Positions 58,401 through 64,000 of a stretch of 64,000 nucleotides of DNA are shown one piece after another. The DNA is from Phoronis australis (lineage: Eukaryota; Animalia; Phoronida): the NCBI GenBank assembly GCA_002633005.1, contig NMRA01000155.1, positions 579,536-643,535 of the forward strand. Direction: 5' to 3'. Made by a program: the position numbers and the translations under genes. Within the stretch, counting starts at the first letter, position 1, and the number at the start of each line of letters is the position of its first letter. Under the pieces are notes generated by a model that saw only the letters and a program-made list of their open reading frames with translations, did not search any database and was not told where the DNA came from.

Positions 58401-61400
58401 CACTGCACAACTATCATCCTTAGATGCCTTTCTGATTGTCTGCTACTGATTGGTGACATGTCATCTGATTGTCTGCTACTGACTGGTGGCATGTCCTCTG
58501 ATGGTCTGCTACTGACTGGTGACATGTCACTTCACAGCACAACTATCATCCTCCGATGCCTTTCTGATTGTCTGCTACTGACTGGTCACATTTCATCTGA
58601 TTGTCTGCTACTGACTGGTCACATGTCATCTGATTGTCTGCTACTGACTGGTGACATGTCACTTCACTGCACAACTATCATCCTCAGATGCCTTTCTGAT
58701 TGTCTGCTACTGACTGGTCACGTGTCATCTGATTGTCTGCTACTGACTGGTCACATGTCATCTGATTGTCTGCTACTGACTGGTGACATGTCACTTCACT
58801 GCACAACTATCATCCTCAGATGCCTTTCTGATTGTCTGCTACTGACTGGTGACATGCCATCTGATTGTCTGCTAATGACTGGTGACATGTCTCATCACTG
58901 CGCAACTAACTTCATTCTGCATTCATTTGTCTGTTTCTTTTATCCAGGACAATGTTAAACAGGAAGGTATGCAGGACAAGTCCGGTGCAGTCACACTCTC
59001 ACAACAGGTGGAGTACTTACAACATCAACTGACTGACCTTCACCTTGACAAAGTCCTTGGCCCTGAGACAGTGAAAGATGTGTCGGATCCCCATGGTGCC
59101 ATACACAGGTGGGTTGAGATGCAAGAATTTTGCAAGTTATTGTAGGTGCGTGCTTCTTTTGTAATGCTTGACAATATCTCTTTAAGTCTTGAGCGATCTT
59201 GCATTTTTGGAAGTTTTTATTGATTTATGGAGTGCAGACCTGTCTTATTGATGAGTCTATGAGTTTTAATTTGTTTGTTTGTTATGTCTCTCGTTGTTTT
59301 GCTATATAGCTGCACACGTGAAGAAAGGATATTGTTCCGACACTACGAACGACTCGGTATCAAGCTTTCAAACAAAAAGTTCAGTCGTGTTTTCAACGAA
59401 ATGAGTCAAAGAGACTAAGGTATCTCGAGAGTGTAAGATCCATTGCAAGCATTATGTCACCATTTCAGTGTTGTGCCCTTTTATACTTCCTTTTACCTAA
59501 ATTGTCAATGAAGTATTTTCAACAACTTAACTCAAACTATAAGAAGTCATGCTCTGCTGTGAATTTTACAGTAATTTATAAGGTAGGGTTCATTAGGGTT
59601 TAATTATTGTGTAGTGCTGGCTTTGGTCAATTGAACTATAGCGCCTGAAGTATGTGGATCAATTCAGAGCTGTTCGTAAATCTGGAATATAGTCAGGCAC
59701 AACCATACAACCTTAGATATACACTTGTGAAATTCATATATATATTTGCACAGTTATCATATTCATTTGTGTCAACAGGAAAGGTTCTTGTTTTCAAGTG
59801 TTGCTCAACACTGCACTATTTTCTGTTGATTCTAGTTTCCTCAGAGCCCTCTGTTGTGTTGTTCCGGGGTTATGAAAGGACTATGAGGAAGCTGGAATAG
59901 GCAGAAGTCAGTGTTTTGTAAAAGAACACTGTCATTAAAGTTGTCATATTCAGGTGAACAATGGCTTCCTATGCACAGTTATAGTACTCAATCAAATTAC
60001 TACTTCATATGCACTGTTACAATACTCAATCAAACAACAACTCCCTGTACAATGTATATCTGTTGTGTTAAGGCGACTCCTGAGTCAGTTGGACAGGTGG
60101 CCTGAAAGAACAAGTCCCACCAAGACTACCAGTAAATCACCAGCATCGCCATCTGGTGACAAAGTGACATATGAACTGTACTACAGGCCGGAGCACGGCA
60201 AGTTCTCAAAGTCTGCCAAGGTTAGTTGTTCACAGTGAGTTATCCTTTGACCCGTATCAGGAAGCCTGGTGATGAGATACTTGGCAGGTTTTCGTGTGAT
60301 ATACATTTGGTATTGTATTGGATATCATATTGTGTAGGAGATCATATTGCATAGGATATCGTATTGTATATTGACTTATGTTTTAGGATATCATATTTTA
60401 TATGGACTTGTGTTATAGGATATCACTTTATGTATTGACTATGTATTTAATCTCATTTAAGCTTGCTGATTTGGAGCAGAGAATTGATCGCTTAGAGGCA
60501 GTGATTGGACAGAATCCAGAAAAATTGGTGAGAGTCTTGCTTTTGAATAAATAGCTTGTTAAGGTTTTGCTATTGCCTGTATTGCTGGAATTACCAAAGA
60601 GTGCCAGGGCATTAACTAAATCTGAGTGTGATTTTGTGACAATGGTGCAGTATTAGTTTTGATGGGCAAAACATTCGCATTGCACATGACTCTCCCACAC
60701 ATTTGAGCCTCTTCCCTATACTCTCCTGTGAACATTGTTGATCCTCCAACTACCATGTATAGAGAGCCTTCAGAATAAAAAATATGACACTATTCAATGA
60801 CAGCTCTGAACTTCGTCGTTTCTGTTACCCCCACAGGCACTAGTGCAACAGTTACTATAAGTCAACACTAGCATATTGTACAATCTTACATCGCAGCACT
60901 CAAACCTGCATGTAATATACTTCATTCCGTTTGGTCACTAGAGTGTGCAGTGAGTCTCGTGAGCCCAGCAGGTCCGTCGTCATGGTGATGCTCTTGTTTA
61001 CAAGTGATTAACTTGAAACACTTTACTGTCCTTTTATACTCTACATTTGAAAGATTAATTAAGGATTATCCTCTCGGTGTTATTTTGCAAATATATACCA
61101 GGCATGAAAAATGGTCTTGAATGAGTTTTTTATGCGTTGATTTTAAAAGATGGTGGATGCGCTGTTGGAACTGCCCCCTAATTCTCCTCTGTTGCCAATA
61201 GTTACACAAATTTCTAGGCCTGTTTTTCTTTCCAAATGCCGATGCCACAAGTTACAACGTTTAGCTCTAGATTAAGTTTTCAATTTTGACAAGTTTCTCT
61301 TCACACTTGCTGTTTCTCATGACATCATTGTTCATTTTGAACCATAGTGCGTACTTACAGTTAAGTCTAATTGTTTTCTTCTGCAGTCTTCCCTTGTTGC

Positions 61401-63183
61401 CGGGTCTAGCAACAGCAGTTTGGTGGTGAGTTGTTTGTTTGTCTTACTACAACTGTAGTGTTGTTTTGTGAACTACAGGGACATGAGATATTGTGTAACA
61501 GTTTCACGCAGGCCAGGTTAAAAGTCGATTACGCATGTCCTGTATTTTTAGAACCAGTTTTCTCCACTGAATAACAGGCATCAAAATGGTTCTCAAAATG
61601 CGGGACCCCAGTAAGTGCCTATTGACCAGTCTTGTACAAAGAGGAGCTGGATATGGTTTGTTAATTTAAGAGGTATTTCACCTGGAATTGGCAGAAGTAT
61701 AATCTTTGGGATTTTTATACATTCTTTGTGGAAGCCCAGGATAAATTAAATATTCTTAATCGTGTTTAGTTGCATCTCGCATCATTTGTTGTAGAAAAGT
61801 CCTGCATGTTGTTGACATGTGCTTCACCATTTCTCTGATTATCTAAAAGAAGATAGTTGTGCTGAATTATCAAGTGAGTCATTTATTCTCCTTCCACTAG
61901 GAGGCAGTGTCGTCACTGAGTACCCGTGCTTCCTTACTAGACCCCAGCCAGTTGGAACAGATTGAGGGACGCCTGCAGGCTGTTGTACTCAAGTTGAATG
62001 AGGCGGCCACTAGGAAAGCATCACTGCAGGAGTCTCAGAAGGAAAAGGTCAGCAGCATGCACTTGGTCAGAGTTGTAATGTCAGTTTTGTTCAGTCACAG
62101 ATATATCTCACAATTCGACCCCTTCGCAGTCTTAAAAAAGAATACTCTTGTTCAATTGCAAGAATGAAAAAATCGTCCCTTGCATTTTTTGTGATAAAAT
62201 ATCACCACATCCGTTGAAGTTGTGGCTTTAAAACTTTGTGTTGTGATTAATAGGTCTATTTCCTTGAGAGAGTTGCATAGTGAATCGTGACTGGTTCTTT
62301 TAGGATTGCTAAGCCTGACCTATATCTTTCCACTGCCTTGCTTGAGTTTGACATTAATGGGTGTGACTGTCCGGTTACATGTAACTTGTACTTTTGGGCA
62401 AGTAAATCTTCAAAAATACATGTCTCTATCGACAAGGGCCTAGTTACATAATAGGTTATGTGCTGGATAACAAAACTGACATTGGACAACAACAGTGACA
62501 TTGCACTAATGTGTTTCACAATGTCTTTGTTGAACTCTGCATTTAACGTCCTGCTACAATCAGAATTATCTAGCGGAACTTGATGGTTGAAGTCTGCTGT
62601 GTGCGTCTGAAGTTGATTTTGCACACTTGGTCTAAAATGTTTACTTAAACTGTAAATGAGATGGGAACTGTATTCATAAGGTTTTGGTGTTTGTACTGAA
62701 GTAGTGCAAACAAATTTTCTTTTAAAAAGGCATTCAAGTTGACTTCAGTAGTTATGTAATGTTGATGGAGTATGTGTTTGTTGACATCTAAGATGTCGCA
62801 AAGGGGTACCAAACACAAATTTGAAAAGAAAAATGTTCACGTAACCCCCAAAAATGGCCTGTGGGCAGCAATTTTTGGTTGTGTCTGAATGTGGGTGGGC
62901 CCAACACTCAATAATTTGGTTAAGTATTTTTTTCTATAGTACAATTGAAACTTTGGTTTGCTTGCCTGGCAAGCAAATTAATCAAAAACTTAGTGTCAAG
63001 CACTGGCTGATATATCATCATGTCTTTCTCAAATCATGAGTGTAGAGATGTTATTAGACTACATTATCTCCCCTGTCCAGGTGTCAGAGCTGTATGAGGT
63101 GGTCAAGAAGTGGGACAGTGTGGCTGACACCATACCCCATGTGGTGGACAGACTAGCATCACTACAAGAACTGCACCAACAAG
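52463..63183 (+). CDS. DCTN2: Dynactin subunit 2 (p50 dynamitin), 3'-partial
   Basis: Exons 52463-52498, 55615-55683, 56366-56462, 56928-56995, 57563-57655, 58948-59108, 60073-60220, 60462-60527, 61387-61425, 61901-62047, 63081-63183: [30 protein letters not shown]...ETVQQKYQRLQHEV...VTYELYYRPE...LEQRIDRLEAVIG...VSELYEVVKKWD...LHQQ. Confidence 0.97.
52695..53485. mobile_element. Non-autonomous TIR element (Tc1/mariner-like)
   Basis: ACCTAATTATCGGACG ... CGTCCGATAATTAGGT inverted termini. Confidence 0.65.
53856..53979. mobile_element. 124-bp hairpin MITE, 7-bp direct flank TAAAGCA
   Basis: TAAAGCA|TGGCTCTGGTCGGATATA ... TATATCCAACCAGTGCCA|TAAAGCA. Confidence 0.75.
54199..54689. mobile_element. 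hAT-type MITE, 8-bp TSD TTTACCAT
   Basis: TTTACCAT|CAGGCCTTTAT ... ATAAAGGCCTG|TTTACCAT; internal TGGACGCCC repeats. Confidence 0.88.
56060..56240 (+). mobile_element. Diverged copy of the SINE at 3252-3490
   Basis: Shares GGTTCCAGG(C/T)GATCAGTG..ATGG...GGTACAATG...CACCTGCA.TTAT. Confidence 0.6.
58150..58912. repeat. 33-bp minisatellite with 132-bp higher-order structure
   Basis: A unit TCTGATTGTCTGCTACTGACTGGTCACATGTCA and B unit CTTCACTGCACAACTATCATCCTCAGATGCCTT, mostly arranged A3B. Confidence 0.95.
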
Positions 63184-63918
63184 GTACTCTCAACAAGTAG
63201 TAGGGTCAAGGTCACTCTTGTGTTTTACAAGTCTGTGCATAGAGGGTGTTGTATGAGCATTACGTTTCAACAAGGCTAAACTTTGAAAACAGTTTCTGTT
63301 CTTCTGATGGTAGCAAAATATCCAATTCATTTTATAAGAGTTTGTTTAAAATTGAAAGATTGAGGGCTGTCAAAGTCTTTTTTGTCTTTAAAAATTGGAA
63401 AGCTGCCTAGCTCTCAAGTTTGAATAAATGATTTGGCATCTAAAGCATCAAGATCAAAACAGTTTTGAGAACATTGCTATTTTATCTCAACAAAAGTTTC
63501 ATTTCTATGCCAAACCATTCTTGCTTACAATTAAGGCCAGTGTTTTTGTATCCAAAACCATTTGCTTTTCAAGAAAAACTTATGCTCAATTGTTGTCTTG
63601 CACTAGTACACAACTTTGACATTTACTCGTAGGTGACACACCCTGTATACAGTCGAGTCTGAATTGAATGCACTTCACCATCTTCCTTTGTATAACAGAT
63701 AACTTGTGTTTTACTCATGCAATGTTAAGAGGTTGCTCCTTAATTCCTGATCCACTGTTTCACATATAAGCACATGGGCCTCATTCTCAATATAGGTACA
63801 GATTCACACATAGATGCATGGGCTTAAATGAGTGTATACACGATAAGGAGTGTCAGTTTTGGTAGAGTTTGATGGAGTCAGCCTGCCCAAGTCTGTCGAG
63901 TTTGTTTTCAAAACTGTC

Positions 63919-64000
63919 ATATCTCGTAGTCGTGTCTCGTAGTCGTATCTCGTAGTCGTGTCTTGTAGTCGTATCTCATAGTCGTATCTCGTAGTCGTAT
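63919..64000. repeat. 13-bp tandem repeat (TCTCGTAGTCGTA)
   Basis: At least 6 copies running off the window end. Confidence 0.9.

Noticed and set aside
58056-58958. Repetitive ORFs up to 210 aa (SSDCLLLTGHM)n on both strands
   Set aside because: By-product of a 33-bp intronic satellite; no splice or start context, and one unit carries a stop.

Overview
Intron-rich, AT-rich (~38% GC) animal genomic DNA, probably a marine invertebrate; no prokaryotic features. Five spliced protein-coding genes were reconstructed by hand with phase-consistent GT-AG junctions: a partial anillin (+, 1.5-4.3 kb), a 23-exon NACHT/WD40 (NWD1/NWD2-like) STAND gene (-, 25.2-7.6 kb) whose WD40 tail decays into stop-containing exon remnants, SPC25 (+), a complete RPL27 (-), and DCTN2/dynamitin (+, runs off the window end, head-to-head with RPL27). 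The window also has two identical tRNA-His(GTG) genes, many non-autonomous TIR elements with readable target-site duplications, SINE/LINE relics, minisatellites, one 984-nt N gap and four single-N joins. The most interesting items are the lipid-anchor-motif STAND gene with an eroding sensor region, three tandem repeats that multiply splice signals, and two candidate microexons. I did not find a clearly new multi-gene system; all family calls come from motif recognition, not database searches.
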